A stretch of 62,231 nt of DNA, filler included, from Vannella sp. (lineage: Eukaryota): the NCBI GenBank assembly GCA_023345925.1. It is 6 parts of 6 records of this genome, joined end to end, with 100 filler letters (N's around TTAATTAATTAA, not from the genome) between each part and the next. Parts side by side here need not be neighbours in the genome. Positions count along the whole stretch, not along the records: positions 41,733 to 49,966 come from JAJQQN010001292.1; positions 50,067 to 60,207 come from JAJQQN010000003.1; 4 more parts are not named here. One strand, 5' to 3'. The notes beneath the pieces were generated by a model. That model saw only the letters and a list, made by a program, of their open reading frames with translations, was not told where the DNA came from and ran no database searches. Shown piece by piece: positions 42,538 to 54,408 of this stretch (within the stretch, counting starts at the first letter, position 1; every line of letters starts with the position of its first letter). Both the position numbers and the translations under genes were made by a program.

Positions 42538-43784
42538 ATGGAGGGAAAGGTTGTTCTGGTGACAGGAGCGAACGCTGGGATCGGTTTGGCGACGGCAGTG
42601 GCTTTGGCAAAGGAGAGGGCGAGGGTTTATGTTGGTGGGTGATGTGGATCGAAACGGGGTGGTATGATTGATTGGTTTGCAGCGTGTCGGTCGAAGGAGA
42701 AGGCGATAGAGGCCATTGAGGAGATCAAAGGAGAATCTGGTAACCAAGACATTCACTTCATTCGCCTGGACCTTTGCGATTTGGACTCGGTTGATGGTAC
42801 GTGGGTTGGCACCTTCTTCCTGGTTGACCAGTCTCCCAGAGTGCGCGAAGCAGTTCGCACTGCTTGAATCCAAGTTGGACGTGCTCATCAACAATGCAGG
42901 CATCATGGCGGTACGCACAAATGACAGGTCCAAACAGGGGTTTGAGCTGACCTTCGCGGTCAATGTACTTGGACCCTTCCTCTTGACTCTTCACCTGATT
43001 CCTCTCCTCCAAAAGGCAGCGCCTTCGAGAGTGATCAACCTCTCTTCTCTTACTCATGGCCGAGGGCGAGTGGACTTTAATACTCTCGAGTATTGGAGAC
43101 TTCTGATGCTAGAAGGGAGAGACTCCATCCAGGATTGTCCCCTCTTTACCCAATCCTCTCTCTCTCCAACGCTTGACTCTCTCTATTCCACTTCCAAGTT
43201 GGCTGTTCTTTTGCTTTCCACTGAGTTATCGGATCGATTCAAGCATTTGGGAATTGTCTCTAACGCTCTGTGCCCTGGTATTGTCGCCACAAACATCCTG
43301 AACGAGTTTGGATGGTTTATCCGCACGTTTGGGCCAGCAGTGATGAAGAGTATCGCGAAACTGGGGTTTGGAGTTTCTGCAGAGACTGCTGCTTTGACTC
43401 CGCTTCTTCTGGCCTCATCTCCAAAAGTACGTTTCTCATTGAATCTAGGAGAGCGCTTTCTGATGATTGCCTGATGTTTAGTATGCCACCATTTCTGGGC
43501 GGTATTTGACCCATTGTCAAGAGAAGAAGCCTCACAGTGTTGGTGTGGATCAGGTCGCTGGAAAGAGGCTCTGGTTGTTAGCAGAAGGGCTTTCTCAATG
43601 CCACAAACGAATTCCTGCTTATCCAAACATCTGTTCACTCTCCCAAGTGGCTCCCGTCCAAACCGACATCTCCCCATCCCCCCTCTATTCCCCCTCATCT
43701 CCTATCCCTGTTTCCCTTCCTTTCCTCTTGATCGGCCTCTTTCTTGTGCTTGTTGCTTTCTTGTGCCAGTGTCGCAAGGAATGA
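42538..43784 (+). CDS. Short-chain dehydrogenase/reductase (retinol dehydrogenase-like) with C-terminal TM, multi-exon
   Basis: MEGKVVLVTGANAGIG, ACRSKEKA, LDLCDLDSV, LINNAGIM, FAVNVLGPFLLT, YSTSK, PGIVATNI. Confidence 0.9.
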
Positions 43785-43888
43785 AATAAGAACCCACAAT
43801 AATTATTGCGCATTTATCACTATGTAAAGGGGTGTAATAACACAATAATGATTTCATTTCCCCCTTCGCCGTTGGACCAGCCACTCAC

Positions 43889-46800
43889 ATGGAGGTTGAG
43901 CAAGTGATCGACCAAGGTTCAACTACTTCGCTTGCAGTGAAGCCACAACAACAACAGAAGCCCATGGGGCCAAGTTTCTTCCACCTGTTCACGAGGGGAC
44001 TTCTTCAAATCGCTTTTGAAAGGGCGGTAAAGGTTTCAGAGAGGCTAAAAGGGGGACCTTATCCCAATTTAATCGTTTCCATCACCCAGCAGGCTCTGGT
44101 TAGGCAGGAAAGAGGATTTCCCCTTGAGGCAAGGGCGCTCTTTCTCCAAGCTCTTGAGGCATGTCAGAATTGCCCAGAACAAAACTTTCTGAAAACGATT
44201 GTTCAGTTGAATCTGGCGCTCGCTCAGGAGCAGTTAGGTTACACCCAGGAGTCTCAAAGCCTCTTGGAGCAGATTCTTGATTCATTTCCCCAGGCTGACA
44301 ACCGTTCGGAAGCTCAGATGGTGCGAATTAACTTGGGATTCCTTTATTGCCAGGTCAATCGATTCGGAGACGCACTCAAGCAGTTTGATATTGCCCTGAA
44401 AGAGCTTTCGATTCACGCTGAACAGGATGGGAGCGCGGTGCTTCCCACTGATTTGAGCATTTCTCGTGTCATCAACCCATTGCTTCAATTTCAAGTGGGA
44501 TTGATTGTAGCTTCCATCAACACAGCTTACATTCATCTCCATCAGGGGGGAGCAGTGAAAGCACTGGAGGTCCTACTCACCTACCAGTCTCTTGCTAAGG
44601 AGATTGGGGGGAGCGTCAGTGCAGCTTACGATTCGTGCCTTGGAAACGTTCAGTTCAGTCTTGGAAACCACGTTGAGGCTGTAACCATTTGGCATCGCTC
44701 TCGCGAACTGTATCAGTCTCTAGCTCTTCAGGGCGAGGTCAAACATTCCCTCAAATCAGATGCTCTGAATCACAACTTGACCTTGGCGAACAGGAAAGAC
44801 CCAGCTGAAGAAGAGAATCCAATAATCACTCAAACTATCATTGGAGCATCCATCTTTAGCCATAATGCATTAGACTTTGCGGACATGGACATGCAGGTCC
44901 AGCGTATAGATGAATGGACGAATGATTCCTCTCTCAATTTGAAAACCCAATTTGAGAGTCTTCCAATGTTCGTTGAACTGGATTTCACCTCTTCCATTCC
45001 TTTCTGCGCGAATCAAGGCCAATTCACTGGAACAATCACATCGCCTGGTTCAAAGTATCTGGTGGAAAGTCCTGATGGATCTCTATTCTCTTCTGTATTC
45101 AGTGTTCCGTTTGGTGGGGCCCCGCAAAAGTGGCCTTATCATTGTGTCACAATCTTGGCCAACAGTTATCGAACCGCCTGGAACTTCACAGATCTCATTT
45201 GCGGTAGTCCCACAGTCACTGAGCACTCTGCCAGTATACGACGCGAGATTGCAGGACCCAATTCACCTCTTGCATGCTTATCATTCCCAACCATTTTCCA
45301 AGATCCTGCTGCGATGGCACTGTTGGAAGACTGGACGAGCAAAAACCGGCTGACTCGAGGTGCTGTGGTCCTTGTCTTCCTGGAGACGGCCGACACGCAC
45401 CAAAAGAATCTTGACAACATTATCGCCAGTGCTGAAACGTGCCGGAAAGGAAATCCCTCAGTGCCATTATGCTTTCTCTTTTCCAGATCAGTCAATAGTG
45501 TCTCTCTTCGCAACACTTGCGTGGGTCTTGCTAGCAAATTCTCCAACTCATTCTTTGGAGTGAACCTGGTTTGGGAGGACCTGGCAACTAGATCACATAT
45601 CATTTCTATGGCGAATACGGTAGGTTTAAACACGTGAAGGTGTCTTCTCCCACGCTAACGTTTTGTAGGAGAACCTCTTGTCCATAACAATTTTGAGGCA
45701 ATTCATTCCGCTCCATGTATCACAGCAGCGCCCCCCTGGAAGCTCCTTGCACCCAAGTCCCACCTTTGGCTCTCACCCAAACTATTTGCTTGTAGACACT
45801 CAGGCCAGTGCCAACTCTACCGTTCCCAAAGTAGCAGCAGACATTCGATCTCTCATTCAGGCTCATCGAGATAAGGCAGTGGATGTTATTCGCCAAACAA
45901 TGACGGATTGCAAAATGGAAGAAAACCCTGAGGAGCTTGAGGAAAAGATCTTTAAAGAATCTGGCGGCTTTCTGCATGAATACATTGCAGCGCTCTGCCA
46001 TGAACGAATCCGCCTGAAACACTCTCACACTCCCAACTTTACATTAGCAGAAGAGCGAATTGGAAAGACGGCGCCTACTGGTCCCATCACTGTAAGGTTG
46101 AATCCCAATCGTGCGGAAAAGCCCATCACAATCCGATGGCGCGTAAAGAAGATCTCTTCCTTATCCCTAGAGATCAACCGAGGTTTGCGACTATCAGAAG
46201 CATACAGTGCTACTGATCTCAGCGATTCTGTAGCAAGATGCCTTGAAGAGCGATATCGTGATCCCACTAAGATCGGTGAACCCTTTTATCTTGTGTTGAA
46301 TGAGGGAGAACCACCTTCCATGATTAACGTTCGAGAGTTGACGGTGAATGGAGCCGCAAATTCTCTCGATCGATCCATGATCATTAAGGGGCGGCCCGTT
46401 TCGACAACACTGGAGGCTCCCGCTCATTGGGAATGGACACCGCAGGACACAATCTTTCATCAATTTGATTTGGAAAAGGAAAGTGACCGATTCCGTGAAC
46501 TGGAACAACTGGTCAGGTCCACGGTACCCAAAGCACGAATTCAGAAGATAACTCAATTGCAACATTGCTATCAACTCTTGGGCTTCCTTCACTTCCGAGG
46601 AATGGTTCAAGTGTCACATCCTGAGGTGAATTTACAGGAGAAGATGCTCTTCTATGGATCCTGGTCCGCTCCGTCCGTTTTGTGCGCGCAAAGTGCAAGT
46701 GGATTGAATGTTTATGGAGCTGACCCAGACCCCAATGAAAACTGGGGACAGGGCATTCATATGTCTCCTGACGCATGGTATGCTGATGAAAGAGCATATG

Positions 46801-47057
46801 TCTACACCCATGAAGGAGATGAGAAAGAGCACCGCCAGATCTTCCTAGTTCATGCAGCACTCGGCAGTGACCTTGAACTGAAAGCTAATCCCACCCTCAA
46901 AAGACCGCCAGAGATCTCCAAAATCAACCACATGCCCGTCTTTGCGGACTCCGTAACTGGAACCTATGTCAAAGAGCAGCAGTCAGCAAAGGTTCATGTT
47001 GTTTATAAGGCCGAACAGACGTGCCCCGCTTTTCTAATTGATTACATCATCGAGTAA
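43889..47057 (+). CDS. TPR + WWE-like + PARP/ART-catalytic-like protein (two exons, intron 45620-45668)
   Basis: A GTAGGT..GCTAAC..TTTTGTAG 49-nt intron joins ORFs 43889 and 45678 in frame. TPR helices at the N-terminus; PAHW, EKMLFYGS, WGQGIHMS, RQIFLVHAALG, DSVTG, VVYKAEQTCPAFLIDY at the C-terminus. Confidence 0.78.
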
Positions 47058-47097
47058 GTACAAACTCACCCTCTCAGGACCACATAAAACCTTCACC

Positions 47098-48507
47098 TTA
47101 ATCAAGATCGTCCGCCGCAGAGAGGCCGAAAATCATCAAGTCCTCTTGGGTGGGAGAGGACTCGTCAAAGAGGCTTAGTATCTCTACTTCAGGCCCACCC
47201 TGAGCAGTAGAATCTTGAGCAACAGACACAGGGGGTTTGGGAGATGAACTCCAGGTAAAGAACGGTTTGCCAAAGTGGGCAAAAGTCTCTTCGATGGGAA
47301 GCAATTGGGCGGGAAGAAGATATTGGCGGAGCTTTTCGAGCTGGTCTTGTCCTTTCTTCCACTGCAGATAGTCTTTCCAATCTGTCAAGTTGAGATTCGG
47401 CTCTTGCGATCTCTGAGCCACCAAGAGGAACGTATTTGGAGCTTTCACACTGTCTCGCGGGAATCTGAAGAATGTCAGTGGTCTTGGACTCGGACTCTCT
47501 TCCAGCGTACCCATCAAGAAGCCATTTCAGATAGGGAACGTATCTACCAAAGTCTGCTTCTTCATCTCCGTAACGACAGCTCAGACGGATATCAAAGCCA
47601 TGCCAAAGCAAATTGTCCTCTGGATGGTCGCTTCCCCACAATAGAGGCGCACCTCTTTCCGCCCAATCATCTGTGTAGTTCTTATAGAAGCTTGAGTGGA
47701 GTGTAGCAGGGTTGTGGATGTCGCACTAGAGAGGTCAATACGAAAGCGTTGTTTCTTATTCTCTCACCATAAGGAAAGAGCCTTCTGGTGATTGTGCGCT
47801 GATCCAATCAAGTAACTCATGCACCCTGTCTTCTTTAAAGTAGACGAGAAAGCCTTCCAAGATCCAAACGGTCTTGAGACTGCACTTTAAGTGAGCAAGT
47901 CACATTCTGATAAGTCCAAGGAGGGGATTACCTGGGGTTAAAGCCAGCTTTAGCCAGCTGAGAAGCCAGCTCATGAATATCTCCTGCATCTACAGCTACT
48001 GACACCCGATGGGACCTTTCTAGACCCTCAATGGACCCCTTCACAGTGTGAGGGAGGACTGGCGGTTGCTCACTGGCTTACTCGGGGATCTTCAGCAGTA
48101 CCCAGCACAATCTCTCGCCGCTCAATGACATCAGGCAAGTCCACTTCAAAGAAAACAGCAGAGCCGCTCTCTCGAGGAGGAACGGGGAGGCGGCAAGACC
48201 GCGTATCAAAGCCACAACCCAACAGCACCACCTGGGTGATGTCAGGGTGATCAGACAGAGCCTTGACAAGATGACTGTCAAAGAAGCGAGTGCGAATGGC
48301 GGTAATCATCACGGTCAAGTCCTCTTTCTCTGGTTGAGCCGCGAAGAGTGTCGACAGCCGGTACTTGGCAAAGTAGTCGAGCATTTCAAAGCCCTCCTCT
48401 CCCGCAAGCTCCGCCGCCCATGGGTCACTCACAATGCCATTCCCTCTCTCTGTCTCTCTGGCTCTCGCTGCAGCAATGTAGTTGGCTGTCCGTCCGACCC
48501 CCTTCAT
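47098..48507 (-). CDS. SAM-dependent methyltransferase, leucine carboxyl methyltransferase (LCM)-like family, multi-exon
   Basis: VGRTANYIAAARARE..DPWAAELAG, AIRTRFFD, QVVLLGCGFDTR, FEVDLPDV, WILEGFLVY; the introns splice in frame. Confidence 0.85.
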
Positions 48508-48683
48508 CACCTTCAGAGACAATGGAAAAAAATGTGTAAAAGCTGACTTGTGGAGTTTTCTTCTCCTGCTCTTTCGAAAAACTTTTGTCGGGAAAATTCT
48601 TTTTTTTCTTTTTTTCTGGAAGAATGGAGCAAATCTGTAGAGGCTGGAGGAAATTCCCGTCACTTTTGGCCAGCGTGATAGCT

Positions 48684-49966
48684 ATGAAGCTGGTGGGCGT
48701 GGTCTTTGCCCTACTTGTGGTCGTTTGTGCGGGTTCTGATTGCATGGGTTCGCATCGTTACGCTTCAAGCTCATCCAGTGGCCACATTCATTGTGATGGG
48801 TACGGGGACCGCGTGACCATCACCTGGTTGATTCAGCCTACGGACCCTTCTCAGAGAGTTCTTTTGGAGTTCGAGTCGTTCGAAACGGAGGCTGACTACG
48901 ACATGATGAAGATCTACGATGGTAAGTAAGTCTTGGGAGACCGAAATGTCGTTCTCATTAGACGGCGTTTGGTCAGGTGCTACGGCGAGTGACCGCCTCT
49001 TAGGCTCTTACTCTGGCTCTCTCATTCCTGGTCCATTCAGCTCCGGTGGCAATGCGCTCTTCGTTGTCTTCACTTCTGATGAATACGTCGAGGGCACTGG
49101 CTTCTCTGCCCATTGGAGTACCTTCCAACTGGCAGCAGGAATCACTCCTTGTTCTAGCAACCGCCATGTTGAGCTGAAGGGACCCTCCGGAGACTTTGGC
49201 TGCGATGGGTACTCCTTCTCCATCACCACCTCGTTCCACGTCACTGGCAACGTTGGCGAGCGCATCGTCCTTTCCTTCCAGACCTTCAACACTGAGCTTG
49301 ACTACGATGTGGTCAAGGTCTACGATGGTGAGTGTTCCTCTGAGTCTCTTCGTTCGTCACTATCTCACAGAGCTTGAAAGGGCGTGACGCCAACGCTCAC
49401 TTGGTGGCGGAGTACTCTGGATACCAAGTACCCCCTCCCGTTACGGCTTCTGGGAACGAGATCTTCCTTCTCTTCGCCTCTGACCACACTTTGTGCCTCC
49501 GCGGCTTCACTGCCTCTTGGAGCAGCTTGGTGGACTTTGCTGACCCTTGCTACAACAGTACCAACAAGGTTCTCATCCCTTACGAGGGCTTGCTGGGCTG
49601 CCCTTACGGCTACGGCAACAACGTTCACAGCACTTGGCTCATCAACATGGTGGGAGACTTCCTCATCCAGATGGACTTCCTCACGCTCGATCTGGAGAAC
49701 AACATGGACTTTGTTGATGTCTTTGATGGCTCAAACGCGAACGCCACGCACTTGGGAAGCTTCACTGGTCTGACCACTCCCCGTCCCGTTCGCTCTTCTG
49801 GCAATCAGCTGTTTGTGGTCCTCCGGACGAACTACCAAGGCACTGCTGGTGGCTTCACGGCTTCTTACCAGAGCGTTCACGCCATTCAGGCCACCGGCTG
49901 CTCTCGCTCTGGGATCTACACTTTGACTGCTCCCCAAGACTCGATCGGCTGCGAGGGCTACGCCAA
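48684..49966 (+). CDS. Secreted multi-CUB-domain protein (3' truncated), multi-exon
   Basis: Signal peptide MKLVGVVFALLVVVCAG; at least three CUB repeats (FESFETEADYDMMKIYDG..FTSD..GFSA). Confidence 0.9.
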
Positions 49967-50066
49967 NNNNNNNNNNNNNNNNNNNNNNNNNNNNNNNNNN
50001 NNNNNNNNNNTTAATTAATTAANNNNNNNNNNNNNNNNNNNNNNNNNNNNNNNNNNNNNNNNNNNN
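49967..50066. other. Artificial contig linker
   Basis: N44-TTAATTAATTAA-N44. Confidence 0.98.
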
Positions 50067-50577
50067 TTGGTAAAATAAACGTATTTTTTCAAAAATTATT
50101 CTTTGGCTCCTGCTCTTGTGCTCGTGGCAAACCCCCTTCATTTTCAGTTCAAAGATAAAAAACAATATTTATTTAAGCTCCGCTTGTTCACAGATGATGA
50201 ACCCGTGAGATTCTTAATAACAAACATTCTTCCCCCATGAGAGGCAGACAAGCCCATTACAGTTAGCACCTGAAGAACAATGAAGGTCTAATTGAATTGA
50301 TTCTATCCTTTCCCTGAGAAACTGAAGAAACGCGAAACCCGATTAAAAGTATTCCACATATTAAATTAACATAATAATATTCATTCTTCATTTTTCGCAC
50401 GAACAGGGTGGCAGCTTCGGTCCTTCATCCTCTTCACACTCAGCCCCATCTCCTTTCACTCTGGGCATGGGTCATCTCGATGGAAAAGTGGCCCTCTTAA
50501 ATCATTCAGAAGCATCATTGTATCGGTGCCAGTCGAGTTTTGCCAGTCAGTGGTTGAGGAGCACTTGTCAGCGTGGT

Positions 50578-51087
50578 TTAGCGGGCTGGATCTTCTCTCT
50601 GTGAAAGGGCGGCCACGAGGAAGTAGTACATAACAACGTAGGGAATGACGAAGATCATGGCAATCAATCCTATTCCTAACGTAAATAAAACGAACAGGGA
50701 GAGCAAGCAGCACAGAATACTGAGGGCCACAACAACAACGATCACATGGATGATGGCGAGGTTCCTGTGCTCTTTCTTATTGGTGGACACTTCTTCTCTC
50801 AAACGTAGGTACATAACGACGGGAATGATCTCAATCAAAGGGCAAAGCAGGGAAAGCACAGCACACACAATGCCCACGAAGTGAAACACATACGCATCTT
50901 CCAGATCGGCAGGCCCGCCAACGTTTTTGGATTGCGCTCTCTCCAGATCAACCCACGTTGGGGTCTCCTCTTTCCTCAGATCAACAAACGTTGGGAGAGA
51001 GTCCACGACCCCTTCCGCCTTCTTCCCGTAACCCGCTTCCTCATCGTACAACGGGGACGGTGTGGTCGAGTTGTCTCCGCACTGCAT
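50578..51087 (-). CDS. Hypothetical small multi-pass membrane protein
   Basis: ATG at 51087; acidic N-terminus followed by about three hydrophobic helices. Confidence 0.6.
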   Translation of the reverse strand: MQCGDNSTTPSPLYDEEAGYGKKAEGVVDSLPTFVDLRKEETPTWVDLERAQSKNVGGPADLEDAYVFHFVGIVCAVLSLLCPLIEIIPVVMYLRLREEVSTNKKEHRNLAIIHVIVVVVALSILCCLLSLFVLFTLGIGLIAMIFVIPYVVMYYFLVAALSQREDPAR

Positions 51088-51289
51088 CTCAAAAATGAAA
51101 ACGCCTCTCCCCTGAGCACGCCCACGCTGTGACAAAAGACCCTAAAAAGACAATAAGATCTCCGATCGTTTCTACCGAAGGCCAGTCTCCACCGCCAATC
51201 AGATTCGATTGCCATTGCCTATCCCTTGCTGCTGCCTCTGGAAACCCCTTTCGAATTTGAAGTGATTTCTTTATTTTTCTGCCATCACG

Positions 51290-51665
51290 CTCGTTGGTTG
51301 GAGAGAGGTGGTTCGGATGGGCTCATCGAAGAGAGAACGGGCGCCTTGTTGCGTGTTTGCATGTACTTGCTCCTATCAGTTTGGAAAGCTCTTGGCCTTG
51401 TTGGTAGCTGATCAGTCGTATGTTCCGCTAGGCGAGGCAACCGCTTGGGCATGGCCTCCGAGGTCGACTTTGGTTGCCACAAGGACGATGGGAACCTCTG
51501 AACAGTGGTGCTTCACCTCCTTAGCCCATCGCTAGGAGGGCGACGACAGAGAAGCAGACAAGGAAGACGTCCGTCAGACATGTGTGGCGGAGTCGATCGT
51601 ACTCTTGTCCTGCAACATCCCATAGACCAAGGCTCATCACTTTGTTATCCACAGACACAAGGGGG
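51290..51665 (-). pseudogene. Rac/Rho GTPase pseudogene fragment
   Basis: [35 protein letters not shown], then a frameshift to [23 protein letters not shown], stops, then TQQGARSLFDEPIR. No P-loop was found. Confidence 0.8.
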
Positions 51666-51755
51666 CTGAGTAACGGTACTACCCTATCACTGATATGTTT
51701 AACTCGCAATTATTAGAGGCTCCTTCGATTGGTGGAACAGGTTATCTCCGACACC

Positions 51756-52763
51756 ATGCCAAGAGCTTTTCACAGCCCGTTTGCAGCATTTTCTTCTGGC
51801 CTCATGAGACTGATCTTCTGTGTCGCTCTCTTTGTGTCCCTGGTGTTGGGTCAACGGGAGTACACGCGAGAGTACCAACTCATCCTCGACATTACTCGAT
51901 TTGCCAATGGGAGAGAGCAGGGGATTGAGTACTACTGTGGTCTTTGGAGTGATGCTTCGAACCTTGACTACCGGACACTGAACGCCTTCAACTCTGTGCG
52001 ACGAGAGAAAAACACGGATCCCCTCTCTGTTTGTGGGTCGAATGACTACGTCAGGCAACGTAAGTATGTTAGTGGTGATCTCAATGGTGTTGTTACTACC
52101 GAGATTAAGAGTGTTGGCTCTCTCACTGATAAACAAGCGAGAATGGAGCCTTTCGCCCCTTCTGCAACCTACTTGTCGCGGTCTCTTGTCCAGGTTGAGC
52201 AAGATATCCACACTTGTTACTCAGACTTTGCAGCCAACACTCGCATCTTCACTCAAGAGGAGCTTCTGATCAACAACTGCGCGGAAATCCACAAACTTTT
52301 CCCCGATGCCGTCTCTGACACGAACACGCCCGTGACTGTGGACGAAGAGGCGACGGTAACTGCAAGCTCTTTCCGCAATGGCACCTTCCTGGATGGAAAG
52401 GTCACTCTTGATGTCACCATGTTCTACAGTACTGTGGAAGACGCCTTGGCTGACCGCAATCTTCGCTCAGGAGAGTTCTCATTCACCATCATCAGTACCA
52501 ACGGAGACCAGTTCTCCTCTCAACAGACCCAAGCAGGGATTGACATTTACAGATCCATGCTAGCCGCTGTCGGCTCTCCAGGCGAGTATCCATGCCCAGA
52601 CGGGACCACCATCGGCGACTTCTTCAACCCCATTCCCTCCACTGATGAACCTCCAATGGTTCTCTCCAACTCGCTCTCCTCCAACAACGGAGAAGACAAC
52701 AACAACTCATCCCTTTCCCTTCTCCCCCTCCTTTTGCTCTCTTTCACTGCAATTCTCTTCTAA
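51756..52763 (+). CDS. Hypothetical secreted, probably GPI-anchored surface protein
   Basis: Signal-like MRLIFCVALFVSLVLG (alternative ATG at 51804); S/N-rich spacer then a hydrophobic C-terminus with no cytosolic tail. Confidence 0.7.
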   Translation: MPRAFHSPFAAFSSGLMRLIFCVALFVSLVLGQREYTREYQLILDITRFANGREQGIEYYCGLWSDASNLDYRTLNAFNSVRREKNTDPLSVCGSNDYVRQRKYVSGDLNGVVTTEIKSVGSLTDKQARMEPFAPSATYLSRSLVQVEQDIHTCYSDFAANTRIFTQEELLINNCAEIHKLFPDAVSDTNTPVTVDEEATVTASSFRNGTFLDGKVTLDVTMFYSTVEDALADRNLRSGEFSFTIISTNGDQFSSQQTQAGIDIYRSMLAAVGSPGEYPCPDGTTIGDFFNPIPSTDEPPMVLSNSLSSNNGEDNNNSSLSLLPLLLLSFTAILF

Positions 52764-52962
52764 ATAACAGAACCATCATGGAACTTGCATTATTTGTTGG
52801 GGATTTGGGATGAACGTTTGGCGCGATGGCGCTGAGGGAAAGGGGGCGCTACCGCGGTGCACATGCAGTTATGTGCAGGTTTCTGTCAAAGGTGAGTAAG
52901 GGATGGAGAAGGTCTGTGCAGCTCTGATAGGGAGGCAGTTGCGGTTGAGAGTGAGAGCTACA

Positions 52963-53782
52963 ATGATTGATGGTGCTATCTGTGTGGTCTCTGGTGCCTC
53001 TCAAGGCATCGGGTGCCATATTGCTCAATTGGCAGACTTTGTTGGGAAGAAGGTCGTCCTTGTGGCGCGGAGGAAGAGCAAACTGGCGAGATTGTCTCCT
53101 TATCAATGCGAAACACGCTGGAGCGGCTGAATGCTGTGTTGTTGACTGCTCAAAGTACGACCAGAAGTGGAAGAGATGGAAAACATTGCCATCCATAGCC
53201 ACGGCGCCCAAACTAAGCTCGTCAACTCTGCCGGAGCAGGCGCTTGGCGTTACCTTTGGGAGATGAGTGCTTCTGACATTGAAGGATGTCTGAATGGTTT
53301 GCTCGATGGATTGTATCATGCTATCTCTGACGTCTCTTCAAGCTCCTTTTCTTGCTGCAGTGTTCCTGGCAAAGGCTTTCATTGTTCCTGCTTTTCGAGG
53401 CTTCATCCAAGCCCTCCGAGCAGACCTTAGCAACACAAACATCAAAGTCCAAGAAGTCATTCTTGGAGAAGCAGATTCAGAGTACTTCAAGAACAATCCG
53501 CAGTCGATTGAGCGCGTAAGACCCCTTCCCTTGTTTGGCAAAGGCTCATTCCACCAGATTCCCTCCATTGGCAAGCTAGCTGGCCAGCTGACGGTGGAAC
53601 AGGCAGCAGGAGGTGTCATTAAGGCTATTCAGTCTGGAGAAGAGAACTTCTGTTGGCCGCGCATGATAAGTGCCTTCATGTGGTTCAACACTTGGTGTCC
53701 CTCGCTCCTGGCCTTTTTATCCATCAAGTCAGGGTGGCAGTATCACCCAAACAAGGCTTCCAGCTCAGTGAAGCACCAATAA
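52963..53782 (+). pseudogene. Degenerate short-chain dehydrogenase/reductase
   Basis: VVSGASQGIG..VVLVARRKSKL, VDCS and LVNSAGAG lie in three different frames. The segment bearing YxxxK is missing between KAFIVP and AFRGFIQALRADL. Confidence 0.7.
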
Positions 53783-53793
53783 ACGGGTCCTAA

Positions 53794-54027
53794 CTAGAAG
53801 AAAGGTTTTTTTCGCAGCTTTATCGAGCCACGAGGGCCAGATGGCTTCACGTTCCAAGAGCGAGGTGTATCATACTGTTTTGAAGATGTGTTACGCAGTA
53901 AGTGCGGAGGTACGAACGTTTGAGGAAGCTCATCCTCAAGGTCCTCTCTTCTGACGCAACGCAAGTTCCCTCTTGGAATCGGAATCGCGAGACTGGACAT
54001 TGAAGGGCGACTTTGAGGTTCTTGCAT
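53794..54027 (-). CDS. Small hypothetical protein (77 aa)
   Basis: ATG-initiated ORF filling the gap, divergent from the myosin gene; SLAIPIP and TFVPPHLL motifs. Confidence 0.45.
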   Translation of the reverse strand: MQEPQSRPSMSSLAIPIPRGNLRCVRREDLEDELPQTFVPPHLLRNTSSKQYDTPRSWNVKPSGPRGSIKLRKKPFF

Positions 54028-54408
54028 GATGAACGCTGAGATGTTATCCTCCAGAAGAGAAGAAAGAAATGGTGAACAGAAACGATTATCGTATTAAATC
54101 ACGTCATTATTGCTTCAAAGTCCCTTTTTGGGGGGTTGTCCGCCACCCTTTTTTGGGGTGTCTGAACAACAACCCTCTCCGAACATCAGCCCTGCATTGA
54201 GAGAGAGTGTTGTAGAAATAAGTGTTAAAAGCGGACAGGAAGCTCAACAGAGGGAAGGTTGGTCACCAAAACATGTTGTGGGGCTAGCCTTGCCATTCAT
54301 TTCATTTGCACAACATATAATTCGGATAGTTTGTAAAACTATCGACGCGAATTATATTGGGAAAAGAGCATTTAGCCAATCACTCCTTTCTTGTCTCTGT
54401 CTCCGGCC

